Assembly (NCBI GenBank): GCA_002269645.1
Contig: NIVC01000176.1
Coordinates: 186,001 to 250,000, forward strand
DNA length: 64,000 bases
DNA from: Macrostomum lignano
Taxonomy: Eukaryota
Direction of reading: 5' to 3'
Below are positions 10,792 through 29,580 of the stretch, piece after piece. Each line of letters opens with the position of its first letter. Within the stretch, counting starts at the first letter, position 1. The translations under genes and the position numbers were made by a program. Below the pieces are notes generated by a model. The model did no database searches. It saw only the letters and a program-made list of their open reading frames with translations, and was not told the origin of the DNA.

Positions 10792-11529
10792 AGGGCTTCT
10801 GGACAGCGAGAAACTGCAGGAAGTTTTATGCAGTACTTGAAAACTTTAAAGCGCTGGGTGAGCTGTCAATTAATAATTTATTAACCGAATTTTTTACTTT
10901 ATTTCCAGCAGTCGAAAAACAGCGCGAGTTCACCGCGCGTTGGAAAATTTTTCCTCAGATAAACAAAAATTGCCAAGTTAAATTCTCGCAGCTGTAGCTG
11001 CTTGTTTGTCAAGTTTTTATCACCATAAACTGTTTAGTGACTACTAGGAGACAAGGATACAGCAACTAATGATTGGTAAACTACCTATGCAATTTTATTC
11101 AAGGACCACTAGCAATCTGTCAGGCATATTTGTAGGATAAAAACTCCCGATTCCTGATTCCCGATTCGCTCCACTCCCCTCTCCTCTCTTATCTCTCATC
11201 TCACCTCTCTTTTCTCTCCTCTCTGCCTTCTCTCCTCTCTCATCTTCTCTCTCTCATTTGTCTTCTCTCATATTTCCACTCTTTTCTCCTCTCTTTTCGC
11301 CGGCTGTGCGATCTCCAAGAGCACCCTGAATGCACTGGCGATGCGACAAACCTGCGTTCCTCACCGCCCTCTGGCTCGTTTCTAGGAAAATCGAGTCTTT
11401 CTACTCCAGTTGTCCATGGCTTCAGCATGCAGGTGCCAAAAGAGTAAAGACCCATTGAGCGCCTCTAAATCCCTTGCGCTTAGAAGCCTTGATCTGCATG
11501 TAGATTACGAATAAGCAAAGAGTTGGCCA

Positions 11530-12320
11530 GTGAGCGAATCCCAGTCGATGGTGAGCGAATCCCAGTCGATGGTGAGCGAATCCCAGTCGATGGTGAGCGA
11601 ATCCCAGTCAATAGTGAATGAATCCCAGTCAATAGTGAATGAATCCCAGTCAATAGTGAATGAATCCCAGTCGATAGTGAATGAATCCCAGTCAATAGTG
11701 AATGAATCCCAGTGGATGGTGAGCGAATCCCAGTCGATGGTGAGCGAATCCCAGTCGATGGTGAGCGAATCCCAGTCAATAGTGAATGAATCCCAGTCAA
11801 TAGTGAATGAATCCCAGTCAATAGTGAATGAATCCCAGTCGATAGTGAATGAATCCCAGTCAATAGTGAATGAATCCCAGTGGATGGTAAGCGAATCCCA
11901 GTCGATAGTGAATGAATACCAGTCGATAGTGAATGAATACCAGTCGATAGTGAACGAATCCCAGTCGATAGTGAACGAATCCCAGTCGATAGTGAATGAA
12001 TCCCAGTCGATGGTGAATGAATCCCAGTCGATAGTGAATGAATACCAGTCGATAGTGAACGAATCCCAGTCGATAGTGAACGAATCCCAGTCGATAGTGA
12101 ATGAATCCCAGTCGATAGTGAACGAATCCCAGTCGATAGTGAATGAATCCCAGTCGATAGTGAATGAATCCCAGTCGATAGTGAACGAATCCCAGTCGAT
12201 AGTGAATGAATCCCAGTCGATAGTGAATGAATCCCAGTCGATAGTGAATGAATCCCAGTCGATAGTGAACGAATCCCGGTCGATAGTGAATGAATCCCAG
12301 TCGATAGTGAGCGAATCCCA
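11530..12320. repeat. 21-bp minisatellite (gaatcccagtcgatagtgaat), ~37 copies
   Basis: Direct tandem periodicity; produces the spurious ESQSIVN ORF. Confidence 0.95.
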
Positions 12321-12684
12321 ACAGATGCTTACATGTGGTTACTTTTGTTGATTTTTCTCCAACTTCATCTAACAATCAGACTGGCGATTGCAAACTGTAA
12401 TTTTGAGTTTCAGCGATTTTTCATTTTGGATAAAAGGTTTTAATCGTTGAGCGGATGTCTGTGACCTCAGCCGTCTTAGCAAGCTCACTGTTATAAATTT
12501 GTTAAAAATGCAGACTTTCTCAACAATACTGACAGCTTGGCATTATTTTATCAGCCAGGTAACTGCATGCAAGTTTTTAATCGAACTCGCTTTGGTCAGC
12601 AGCTAACAGATATGGCTGTATTTATGATTTGCTGTGTGTTATGTAGCCATGTTAACTGTGTGTTTGCATACACACACATTAATG

Positions 12685-12870
12685 TTTACTGGTATTAACT
12701 GGTATTTCCTGGTATTAACTGGTGTTTCCTGGTATTAACTGGTGTTTCCTGGTATTAACTGGTGTTTCCTGGTATTAACTGGTGTTTCCTGGTATTAACT
12801 GGTGTTTCCTGGTATTAACTGGTGTTTAATGGTATTTACTGGTATTTACTTGTGTTTACTCGTGTTTACT
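12685..12870. repeat. 20-bp minisatellite (ggtgtttcctggtattaact)
   Basis: ~6 near-perfect copies decaying into 10-bp subunits. Confidence 0.85.
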
Positions 12871-13324
12871 GGTGTTTACTGGTATATACTGCTATTATTG
12901 CATGAATTTTCAATATTTTCCACTATTTCCTGCTGTGTTTCATACTTCAGGTTCCTTCTTAATTGGTATTCTGTTGTCGTAGAAAAAGAAGTCACGATTG
13001 CTGCAAAAAATCATATCGTTTGCAGGATGAAAGCACCGTATTAATTTGCTGTTTCTGGTTAACCATTTCCTGATTTGCCTCTCTGATTCATCTTTGCTAA
13101 TATTTATTATGACAGCTTCTGTCCGAATAGTTCATTGATTGAGCTTGTAACTATTGCTTGGCGTCAGCAACTGCACTTTAATATTCATTGCTTCCAAAAA
13201 AACGTTGACCTTGCAATGGCACCACAATTAATCCATTCTACCTGACAGCTACTTAGTTTAAGAAAAAATGAAAGTAAACAATTAAACCGGTGGTTACAAC
13301 ATTAGGTAGTTAATTCTTTAATTA

Positions 13325-13872
<548 letters not shown>

Positions 13873-15371
13873 GCACGAAATTGAACCACAGTAAATTTTT
13901 GCGAGAGGCAGATGCAGCTCAGCCAAGCTGCTCAGCCCGTCAGTCGCAGTCTCGAGCTTCCATCAGTTGTTTATTATTAAAGTGCAACCGAGCTGCGTCA
14001 GCCCCATCTCTATTTTAGCCAGCCGCGGCCGCAGTAATTCACTGCATTTTGCAGTCCTGCCGCCGGCAGCCAACAGCAGCAGACAGGCGTGAGCACGCAC
14101 TGAATGGCCTGAGAACCATCAAACTCTGAGAGGCGAGCAGGATAACAATAGCTTATTTATGTCGCACAAGTGAGCGCAGTCTTGAGCCGTAAAGGAGCGG
14201 CTGGTTAGAGAGGCCAGCTCAACCTCGAGCAGTCTCTGCTCGCTCGCTATTCTCAGGCCAGTACATCGTTTTGCTAGCCTCTGCGGTTGCCGGGGGCAAC
14301 CAGCAATTCTGTGCTCGGTCTGTTTTGAGTACTGAGCTCGGTGGAGCTGCATTCTAGCTAAAGCTGGTTCATTGTCTCAAAGGCACAGCGCAGACTGGAG
14401 TTGGGTGGTTCGAGAGGCCAGTATGGGGTGATTATGAACTCAAAGCAGTTTTTCTCTTTGCCAGATAATATCACGCCATGCTATCGCGCTGTCAGTGCGC
14501 AGCTGGGTGGGGCAGCTCCAGATGAAGGTTGGAGACTGCGAGAGCATTTTCAGTGCATTGCTTTAACAATTTTACCTTGAGCTCTGCTCTTCTTTAGCTG
14601 CAGTGTCTGCAGCGGATGGGCAGGGCAAGATTAGGGAGCGTAACTAAGCGTAATTAGCGATGAACTGCACCTGCATACCCTTAAATTAATCAATATTCGC
14701 AGGGCTGGGGCCACCCTGGCGTAACGCCTCAAACGACATCGTCTTACACACCAGAGTTGAGGCAACTCTGCCCATTCCGCAAGGTGTACAGCGGCCCTGA
14801 CTTTCTTTGCGCCTTGGTTGCGATGGCTGTGAATCGTGCGGCTTGAATCAAATCAAATGAATCGAACCAGGGTCGTCACCTTTCCGTGAGGAGTTCTTCC
14901 TAAAATTATTTCGTTTTAAAAGTGCAGGCAGCACTTTGAATTGCTTTTCGGTCTGCAATAGTTTAATAGTTGCAAAATTTTCGTACGAATTATAAATCAA
15001 ACCAGCACTAAGAAACTGAAATCACCTCGCTACTGTATTTGCATGGCTTTCAAGTGTTATTCCATTTCATCTTCCCCGTGCAACTATGGGAGAATATATT
15101 CGAATAGAAACAGACAAGACAGTGCATTTCATTAGCACACTTCGAGAGTAGCCATGCAGACCCACTTGCTTACGCCTAAACAGAAAATCATTAAACAGAT
15201 GAAATAAAAGCTGCGATATACTCGATACACACTACTCTTGTAGGGGAGATTTCAGTAGGCAAGTAGCGAGTTTTTATTGCTAGATTTTTTGTACTGCAAA
15301 ATCGTGACCAAATCGATAACAAATGGATTGAAGTGGTTGAACACAATTGATTGGCAATTTATTGCCGGTAA

Positions 15372-16972
15372 GTATGCATTTAATGTCTGTAAGTAGGTAT
15401 TTAATGCCTGTAAGTAAGGTATTTAATGCCTGTAAGTATGTACTTAATGCCTGTAAGTATGTATTTAATGCCTGTAAGTAGGTATTTAATGCCTGTAAGT
15501 AGGTATTTAAGCCTGTAAGTATGTATTTAATGCCTGTAAGTATGTATTTAATGCCTGTAAGTATGTATTTAATGCCTGTAAGTATGTATTTAATGCCTGT
15601 AAGTATGTATTTAATGCCTGTAAGTATGTATTTAATGCCTGTAAGTATGTATTTAATGCCTGTAAGTATGTATTTAATGCCTGTAAGTATGTATTTAATG
15701 CCTGTAAGTAGGTATTTAAGCCTGTAAGTATGTATTTAATGCCTGTAAGTATGTATTTAATGCCTGTAAGTATGTATTTAATGCCTGTAAGTATGTATTT
15801 AATGCCTGTAAGTATGTATTTAATGCCTGTAAGTAGGTATTTAAGCCTGTAAGTATGTATTTAATGCCTGTAAGTATGTATTTAATGCCTGTAAGCATGT
15901 ATTTAATGCCTGTAAGCATGTATTTAAGCCTGTAAGTATGTATTTAATGCCTGTAAGTATGTATTTAATGCCTGTAAGTATGTATTTAATGCCTGTAAGT
16001 ATGTATTTAATGCCTGTAAGTATGTATTTAATGCCTGTAAGTATGTATTTAATGCCTGTAAGTAGGTATTTAAGCCTGTAAGTATGTATTTAATGCCTGT
16101 ATGTATTTAATGCCTGTAAGTAGGTATTTAATGCCTGTAAGCATGTATTTAATGCCTGTAAGCATGTATTTAATGCCTGTAAGTATGTATTTAATGCCTC
16201 TAAGTATGTACTTAATGCCTGTAAGTATGTATTTAATGCCTGTAAGTATGTACTTAATGCCTGTAAGTATGTATTTAATGCCTGTAAGTATGTATTTAAT
16301 GCCTGTATGTATTTAATGCCTGTAAGTAGGTATTTAATGCCTGTAAGCATGTATTTAATGCCTGTAAGTATGTATTTAATGCCTCTAAGTATGTACTTAA
16401 TGCCTGTAAGTATGTATTTAATGCCTGTAAGTATGTACTTAATGCCTGTAAGTATGTATTTAATGCCTGTAAGTATGTATTTAATGCCTGTAAGTAGGTA
16501 TTTAAGCCTGTAAGTAGGTATTTAAGCCTGTAAGTAGGTATTTAAGCCTGTAAGTATGTATTTAAGCCTGTAAGTATGTATTTAATGCCTGTAAGTATGT
16601 ATTTAATGCCTGTAAGTATGTATTTAATGCCTGTAAGTAGGTATTTAAGCCTGTAAGTATGTATTTAAGCCTGTAAGTATGTATTTAATGCCTGTAAGTA
16701 GGTATTTAAGCCTGTAAGTATGTATTTAAGCCTGTAAGTATGTATTTAATGCCTGTAAGTATGTATTTAAGCCTGTAAGTATGTATTTAATGCCTGTAAG
16801 TATGTATTTAATGCCTGTAAGTATGTATTTAATGCCTGTAAGTATGTATTTAATGCCTGTAAGTATGTATTTAATGTCTGTAAGTATGTATTTAATGCCT
16901 GTAAGTATGTATTTAATGCCTGTAAGTATGTATTTAATGCCTGTAAGTATGTATTTAATGCCTGTAAGTATG
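15372..16972. repeat. 21/20-bp minisatellite (aatgcctgtaagtatgtattt), ~75 copies
   Basis: 1.6-kb array; produces the MYLMPVS and ALNTYLQ ORF artefacts. Confidence 0.97.
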
Positions 16973-19900
16973 CAGTTGACGGACAACATACATACTCGTA
17001 TTTCGTATGTTTTCCAATATTGGCTGCAGAATGTGTTTTTGGGGAAACCATCCATAGCAACTATATTTGGAGAGTCCAGGAGCAATTCTAGCAGCAGAAA
17101 CTTGCCGTGGGTAATTCAGTGTGACTTCAGACACTTAGTGCATGAGCAGAAAAGCACTTCTAGTAATACTCCGTTAGCCAACTGACGTTTGTCAGCTGAT
17201 GTTAGCCAGCCGACGTCATCCATTGATTTAATGTAAAATAAATTTAATTTGCCAGCGACGTCCATCGATGTCGGGTACGTTGGATAAGTCGGCAGACATC
17301 GGAATGTTGCTCGGGGAGCCGACGTTGCAGTCAGTCGACGTTTTGTAATAGCGATTGTTTCAGGTCAGGTCGCATGCACCCATCAATGATCCATGAAACT
17401 TCAAACGACTGAAATGCACAGCACGGAAAATTTGGTCCAGTTTCATGGCGGTGTGAGACAGCATTTACACTTCGGCACTGTTTCGGCTGGCAAACCGAAT
17501 AGGCTTAAACTACATGTATAGCATACGTTCACTTATGAAACGGAAATTAGGCTCATCTGTAAGGCATACGAGCGGCCATGGCCCAGTAGGTAACCCATCT
17601 TGTCATCTCAACTTTGCTTTCAACATCGGCAAACCTGCTGAGCCCAGGTTCACACTTTCAGCAAAGTCAGCAAAGCTTTCTGGGCCTGGTCAGGAACAAG
17701 TGCCGTGGTCCGGTGAGTTCAATGCGAATGTCTTCAAAATGTCTTTTTCTGGCGGCTGGCGTCTGGAGGCGGCCGTTAAGCGATTTGGCGGCAGCCGGCA
17801 GGTTACATGTAGGTGACAGTTCACCCAACAACGAATGATCATCCAACCCAGCTGCAGGCTGCTTAACTGGTGCTTCAACACAAATATGACGACTTACTGA
17901 ATGCAGATTTTTTCAATACTGAGACGATGTCGATTTAGATAATTCAATTTTTTTCTCGTAGCTCGCATCATAACGATTTAGAATATGATGATTTTGATGG
18001 GTTTCGGTTTCGGCCTTTTCGGCCCCTTTCGGGAAGCCTTCGGGCCTCAGGTCTCAGAAATAAATCAATTAGAGTCCTGGCCCCCCACTCCTGTCAGATG
18101 GTCAGCCCCATGGTAGCTTGATCGTGTGGTGAGCAGTCTAGGTCCTATAGCTAAGAGAGGGACAGCGAGAGACAAGCAGGGAGAATTTTGAAGGTAGAAA
18201 TTAGCTAATCCGCAGGTTAGCTAACTCGCTGCCACCAGCCCGTACGTCCTGGCTCACCACACCGGGACTTTCGAAATCGGGCTTCCGACTAGAGGGGGCT
18301 TAGCACTTACCTGCCAACTAGTGTCTTTTTGCTGTCAATCTCGAAGTCATAGCCGATGTTAAGGGACACTGCTGGGACTTGATCGCATTGGCCATGCAGG
18401 TACAGAGGGGACTTGTGCAGGGGATTCTTTGCAGTGGCGAGACTATGGGGTAGCTGCATGTACTATTACATTGCTAAATACGAGAAATATACTTTTGGCC
18501 TTCAACGCGCCAACCAGCCTCTCGTAGCGCTGATGATAGGCTAACTCGAACATCGGAGACCGCATGATTCATTACCCGAGCCGCTTGGCTAACCTAGAGT
18601 GCACAGAGTACATCTCTAGCGCCGATTTTGCACTATTGGCAATTTTGCTCACTGATTTGATAGATTGATCGACTGAGAACTGCCTTGCTATTGGTCCACT
18701 GTGACCGGCGCCTACTAGCTTAGCTACTCATCTGAGCCATCGGCGAACAAAGAAATAAAACCGATAAAAATAACTGTCAGATTTAACCTTCTCACTAAAT
18801 CACTTCACACTTCAGATTGAATTGGAGTTTCAGACTACTAGCAGTATTATTGAATGATTTCTGCCTCAATAACCGCACTACTGAACAAAATGAGCAAAAG
18901 TTTGCGCCTAATCCAGCTACTGAAATAGGGGACAGATAGGGAATCACCCAATCAAGCAAGTCTAGGTAGCCTCTCACCCAACCAATCAGAAACTCAACAG
19001 CCGGAGACCAGGTAATCCGCAGTGACGAAACGGCTTAGTGCTTCGCAGCTGTAGACCCGGGATGATGCTGATGTCAAAATCTTCGCAAATAGCTAGCAGG
19101 TGATGTTCTTAATCTTGATGTTCGCTGCTGACGACCTGGGGGATTCGTCCTTGATGATGATGGGGGAGTCGCGATCCGGGGATCAAGAGACGACGGTCGA
19201 GCTCCGGGAACCAGAAGTGGAACCGGGTGGAGCAAAAGTTAGGCCAAGGTCCCAGGAGAGGTGAGGTCCGAGCGGGCCAAAAATACTGGTTTAAATAGCC
19301 GCCAACTGGACCGCAATTCGTTATAATGGAACACCTCGATTCTGATTGGCTGAACCGATTTGTTCTAACGCACGTCGAATTTTCTGATTGGCTGAGCTTG
19401 TTGCCACCCAAACTCACGTGACCAAGAGATCCTATCAGTTTCCTCGGGGCCATAAAAATACGACAGGTGCAGTCATAAATCACTCAAAATCGCTACATAA
19501 TGATTTATGACCTTTCGCGTAGGAATGACAAAAATTAATGAAAAAATTTGCATTAAAAAGCTCTTATTAGGTAGAAAGTGAAGATAATGAAGAGAAATCG
19601 CTAATCGCTAATCCCAACGTACTTTTAGGGGTAAAACGCATAGCTGTCAAAGCTGTCGCACACGCTTGAACCCAAACAATAGGCCCTGACCTCATAAATC
19701 TTGATGGCCTGTCAAAATGATGAGAAAAATGCTACCGCCCGCATCCTCTCAGACCATCTGGCGCCAGTCTCAACACTGAGTGAGGCGCAGGTGGCTGTCA
19801 GACCAGCTCAAAAGCAATGATTTAGCAAAAAACCGCGCTTATGTTATTATAACTACAAGTATGGCAGATTAATATAGCTACAGAAGTCCTACTAGTATGA

Positions 19901-20267
19901 ATTCTATTAGAAAAATTGTAAAAGAGGGAGAAAAATGCCCATAGCCTGCTGTTAGTAGGCTAGCAAGTTTAGAGCCCATGTGCTAGCGTGGAATTTGGGA
20001 AAAAGTGCGTCCTCATCGATTTCAAAATGAACCACTTAAGTAAGGAATGTCATGCCTTACTATATGCTAACTTAGGCTCTACTATTGCCAACCCAAAATT
20101 ATTCCATGAAATTTCATCCGGATACGTGATATCCAACATGCTAAGTGTGGCCTTAGCACTAGCTACTACAATTTATAGACATGCTTGCCTGCTAAGGCCT
20201 GTGTTAGTACATGTAATATAAAGTAATAATAGTATCTTACTGTCATTTATTGTATACAAATAAATAT

Positions 20268-21324
20268 CAAGGACTTCTAGACTAACAGGACGTAAAACTC
20301 AAAGATCGTGCAATTTTTTGGAGGCCACGATTTCCTGGAAAAAATACACTGCGAAGATAGGAAAAAATCAGTTTTTCGTCACAAAATCTGTGATTGTATT
20401 TGATCTGGGGCAGTGAAGACTACCATTCTTTTAATTTAACATGCACAATATGTTACTCTATTATATTTTCATATAGCTGTGTAGTGAAGTTTTCATTTTC
20501 ATATTGTTTTCACTTTATTTCATAAGCCCAAAGTTGCAAACTCACAAGTGGCATTAGCCAAACTTTTTGTGTTGTTCTTTTTAAAATAAAGTATAAAAAC
20601 ATTGCATGTAGGTACTCTTAGTCTTAAGCTATTATTGTAGGTTTAGTAACTATACTAATTCCTAGGCCTACTAGAACTAGACCTATCACTACACTATCTA
20701 GCCTAATAAGTAATTAAATTTAGACAATGACTTAGAGATTAGGCCTAGTATATTTAGATTTTTTTATTATACATAGATTACCAATAAATAGTTTCATATG
20801 GTTGGTTACCTAGGCTTGAGAAAGCTGTATTATCAGTTTTTAAGCCAAGCCTATATTTAGGACTAAGATTTAAGAAGAATAGACTTAATCACAAAAATAG
20901 GCCCTAACCATTTTTACTAGGTATCTATAAGAAAAAACATTGATTAGTCCTTTTATAACTTTTATTTTAAAGGCTAAAAATATTATTATATTACAAATTT
21001 GAATAGCTTTTCTTTTCTTGAATTTGATATTTGGCTAATGCCACTTGTGAGTTTGCAACTTTGGGCTTATGAAATAAAGTGAAAACAATATGAAAATGAA
21101 AACTTCACTACACAGCTATATGAAAATATAATAGAGTAACATATTGTGCATGTTAAATTAAAAGAATGGTAGTCTTCACTGCCCCAGATCAAATACAATC
21201 ACAGATTTTGTGACGAAAAACTGATTTTTTCCTATCTTCGCAGTGTATTTTTTCCAGGAAATCATGGCCTCCAAAAAATTGCACGATCTTTGAGTTTTAC
21301 GTCCTGTTAGTCTAGAAGTCCTTG
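20268..21324. mobile_element. Non-autonomous foldback DNA transposon (MITE-like; P- or hAT-type) with 295-bp TIRs and 8-bp TSD
   Basis: 20268-20562 is the near-perfect reverse complement of 21030-21324 (one mismatch seen). Termini CAAGG...CCTTG. ATAAATAT lies at 20260-20267 and 21325-21332. The AT-rich interior is non-coding. Confidence 0.9.
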
Positions 21325-22108
21325 ATAAATATATTGCTACACACTTTGGATTTCCTTTATATTTCTGCTTTCTACATCTCCTGTTGCTACATATCTTCAC
21401 ATGTTGAATTTTTCTTGCTTTTGTTGAAAAAATAGTCTGTTCTACGCGCAGCGCGCTTTTTGTGTGACAGCAGAATCACGAATCAGAATGAGTCTTATAG
21501 AGAAAGTAAAATAGACAGGCCTAAAAAGGCAAAATTCAACTGTTCTTTTTGCGTCCTAACTCATGTAGTTTATTTAGGCTCGTTTTATTTATTATATCAC
21601 AAGTTCACTTGTTTGCGATGTACAAATGTTAAAATACCCCTGACGCAAATTAACTGACATATTAATGATTTTGTTTTGTATCTAAATGGCTACACATAAA
21701 ATAATAATAACTATTAACGCCGTTATATATTTTTAAGCTCTAGTTTAAAATACTGAATTTATAGATATTTGTTAAATCCCTTAGCTTTTACCTACCAATT
21801 TAATTTTTTATTTTCCAGGATAATTTTGCACAATAACTGAATAGTATAGTAAGTACTGTGACCTGTCTGTTTACTACGAATAAAGGCTTAGCTATAAAGC
21901 GTCACTGTCACTGTACTGAAAGTATTTATTACATATTAGAAAATAGGGTGTAGCCTAGTTTAAAAAACCATACCCTCAGTTTCAGTTATTTTTAGAGGTT
22001 TCCTATTTTTCAGCTTATCAGCTTACCATTTTTAGCTTACCACTTCCTAAACCAGTTTCTATGACCCTACAGAGTAAAGTACAGTAGTAGTTGAAGTAAA
22101 ATCAATCA

Positions 22109-26441
<4,333 letters not shown>

Positions 26442-27415
26442 CTGCGATGCTCTCATACTACTTTTGAGTAGCATAATTGCACAATTTGGAGAATTGCACA
26501 ATCAAGGGTGCCTGCTTGAAACAAATGATTTATGGAATATTTTTTTTGTGTGGAATATTTTTTCTCTGATGCTGTTGAAGCTGTTTTTTGAAGCATATTT
26601 TTTACTAACAAGTTTTCGCATTGAATATTTCACTACTTTTCTGCTGATTTAGTTCAACAATCTATCCATTATCAGTCTAACGAGTGTATTGTACTTTTCT
26701 TTGTTTTGATTCCCTAATCTTTGAATTTTTTGCGATTTAAATCATTTTTAACATTTATTTATGACAACTTTTTCGTCTGCAATATTGTATTTTTGCGTTT
26801 TTTCTGTACTGCACTACTTAGTTGGCTTCTAATCAGTAGTTAAGTATGCTTATATCGTGAAATTCAGGTATCGAGTTATGAAAGCTGAGCATTATAACAA
26901 TTGCGCCTGATTTGATTGATTTTTTTGCCAATTGAAAATCGCTGATGTAACTTTTGGTTAATCAAATGCATATCTGGCTTTTTCTATTGTTTAGTTTAGA
27001 TTAAAGCGCATTGGTCACTATAGTATATGCTTATACTATTAGGTATATTATTGTGTTTGTCCAATTTTTTAATTTGCTGATTGTAACATAGTCGGTGTAG
27101 TCGGTGTAACAGTAAATATATTCTGTTCAGCTATGGTTGTCGCTAGCAAGCGTTTTGTTAAATCTGCCTGGGATAAATCCTAATTTGTATTCTAAGAATT
27201 GTTTGATTTTTTTTGACAGTTTTGAGATAATATTGCAAATGCAGAAAATCATACGTACAATGTTTTTCTAAGCAAGGTGTCAATATTTATGTATACGAGT
27301 ACTTGATTGACGTCTTTAAGTCCCACAGCTTATGACGTTGTTGATAACTTTGTTGATTGAAGGGCCCGTTTTCTTGTAGATTTCAGCAGGAACAGCTGTG
27401 TACTGCAGTTGAGGA

Positions 27416-28186
27416 TCAGTTGAATGGCGACACGCACTCGCACAGCACGAATGGCGGTCTGTTGACCGACGGAGAGGCTGGGAAATCATTGAGACCCGGC
27501 ATTCCATGAAACCTGTGCACCGTGTTCTCGTCTATTGTAGAGGCATTGTCCGGCTGGCCGGTGCCCCACAGGCCGCCGGACACGCTGGCGTTGCAGCCGA
27601 CCCAGACCCAGCCGCCTGCTGGCTCCCGGCTGCCCGGAGACTGGAAGCCTCCAAGCCACATTGACTTCGACTGGCTGAAGTACGCGGCATTGAAATGGTT
27701 GTCAATGAAGGACATCTCAGCTGCATCCTCCACATCCGCCATGATCACCAGTCCGCTGTCATTCTCGCACTTCTGCTTGGCGTCCCACCAGTTGCCGGAG
27801 ATTGGGTACACCTTGTACTTCACTCCGCACCGCTCCTGGGCGTAACCAGCCGGACACAGGCGGCCGGGCTGCAGTCCTGCTCGGCTCTTCACAAACAGCC
27901 GGCCTGTCCGAGAGCAGCTGCACTTCCTCACGCCTTTGCTGCACCTGTCGAACACGAACAGCTGGCACGGACCGTCTGCAGTGCTGAATGCCTGGCAGCG
28001 CTGCCTGATGCTGCACTGCACTGAGCATTGCATCTCCGAGGTAGGACCGGCAGGGTCAATGCTGATGACCTCCGTGAACTTGCTGTTGATGCACAGGCTG
28101 GCTGTCACCGGCTCGAAGGTGTAACGACACTGCTGACCGCCGACTGCCTTGCAGAGGGCGAACAGAAGAAGCAGAGCTGACTTCAT
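27416..28186 (-). CDS. Secreted PAN/apple-like + C-type lectin domain protein (intronless, 256 aa)
   Basis: Signal peptide MKSALLLLFALCKAVGG. PAN-like CSVQCSIRQRCQAF. CTLD motifs WWDAKQKC, MWLGG, WVW, WGTGQPDN, LND and terminal LCE. Confidence 0.88.
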   Translation of the reverse strand: MKSALLLLFALCKAVGGQQCRYTFEPVTASLCINSKFTEVISIDPAGPTSEMQCSVQCSIRQRCQAFSTADGPCQLFVFDRCSKGVRKCSCSRTGRLFVKSRAGLQPGRLCPAGYAQERCGVKYKVYPISGNWWDAKQKCENDSGLVIMADVEDAAEMSFIDNHFNAAYFSQSKSMWLGGFQSPGSREPAGGWVWVGCNASVSGGLWGTGQPDNASTIDENTVHRFHGMPGLNDFPASPSVNRPPFVLCECVSPFN

Positions 28187-28769
28187 TTCTCAAGTTCTGT
28201 TTGAGGAACCCGCGGATTGCAGAGCCACTCTGTGTTTTAATTCTCTCCGGGATTCTAAATGCTGAATTCTGAGCCAGTCCAGACCTCCTCTTTAATAGAA
28301 AAAACAGAGAGCCTCACTTTACAATACCTGCTGCTGCTGCTTTGCGGTAGAACTCTCCCATCCTTCACCTGTGCAGAGCTGAGCTCTGCTGTTGGAGACT
28401 TTACATGCCTATATAAATATTTGCTTTCATCGGCTGCTTGCTTGAAATCCATGTAGGAGCTAAAAAAGTTACTGTATAGCCAAAGTTAGTCAAAGAGCAT
28501 TCGGGAACCGCACTTTCCCAATATATGGCTATGTCAAGTAAAGAAGCAGATGTTTTGCTTTCGCTTCTCGTAGCGTAACGTAAGGATTTTTATAGACAGA
28601 ATTGCCTTTTTTATTGTCTTTTGAGTGAGTTTCAAGTATTTATAGGAAATTTTCAAAAGGAGGGACGGTTGATAGTCTTGATTCCTAGCTGAATCAAGGG
28701 TTTCTAGATGAATTTTATATTGTGAAGTTATCTGGGGGAATTAAAACGTTTCATTGTTAGATTATCTTA

Positions 28770-29580
28770 GGGAACTAACAAGTCTCATTATGAGATTATC
28801 TAAGGAAATTATAAAGCTCCATTATGAGATTACCCAGGGAAATTAGGGAGTCTCAGTGTGAGATTATCTAGGAGAATTAGCAAGTCTCAGTGTGAGATTA
28901 TTTGGGGAATTAGGGAGTCTCAGTGTGAGATTATCTAGGTAAATTATCAAGTCTCAGTTTGAGATTATTTAGGGGAATTAGGGAGTCTCAATGTGAGATT
29001 ATTTGGGGAATTAGGGAGTCTCAGTATGAGATTATCTAGGGAAATTAGCAGGTCTCAGTGTGAGATTATCTAGGGGAATTAGGGAGTCTTATTAGTGTGA
29101 GATTATTTGGAGACTTAGGGAGTCTCAGTGTGAGAGTATCTATGGGAATTAGGGAGTTTCAGCGTGAGATTATTTGGGGAATTAGGGAGTCCCAGCGTGA
29201 GATTTTTTGGGGAATTATGAAGTCTTAGCATGAGATTATAGGGAAATTAGCAGATCTCAGGGTGAGATTATCTAAGGGAATTAGCAGGTCTCAGTGTGAG
29301 ATTATCTAGGGGAATTAGGGAGTCTTATTAGTGTGAGATTATTTGGAGAATTAGGGAGTCTCAGTGTGAGAGTATCTATGGGAATTAGGGAGTTTCAGCG
29401 TGAGATTATTTGGGGAATTAGGGAGTCCCAGCGTGAGATTTTTTGGGGAATTATGAAGTCTTAGCATGAGATTATAGGGAAATTAGCAGGTCTCAGTGTG
29501 AGATTATCTAGGGGAATTAGCAGGTCCCAGTGTGAGATTATCTAGGGTAATTAGCAAGCCACCATGTTAGAGATTATCTA
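28770..29580. repeat. 33-35-bp minisatellite (agtctcagtgtgagattatctaggggaattag) with a ~236-bp higher-order duplication
   Basis: Tandem periodicity; block ~29045-29280 is repeated at ~29281-29516. Confidence 0.88.

Noticed and set aside
11530-12351. 273-aa ESQSIVN repeat ORF
   Set aside because: Open frame of a 21-bp minisatellite with a non-ATG start and no unique coding flanks.
15521-17185. MYLMPVS / ALNTYLQ ORFs
   Set aside because: Translations of a 21-bp satellite on both strands.
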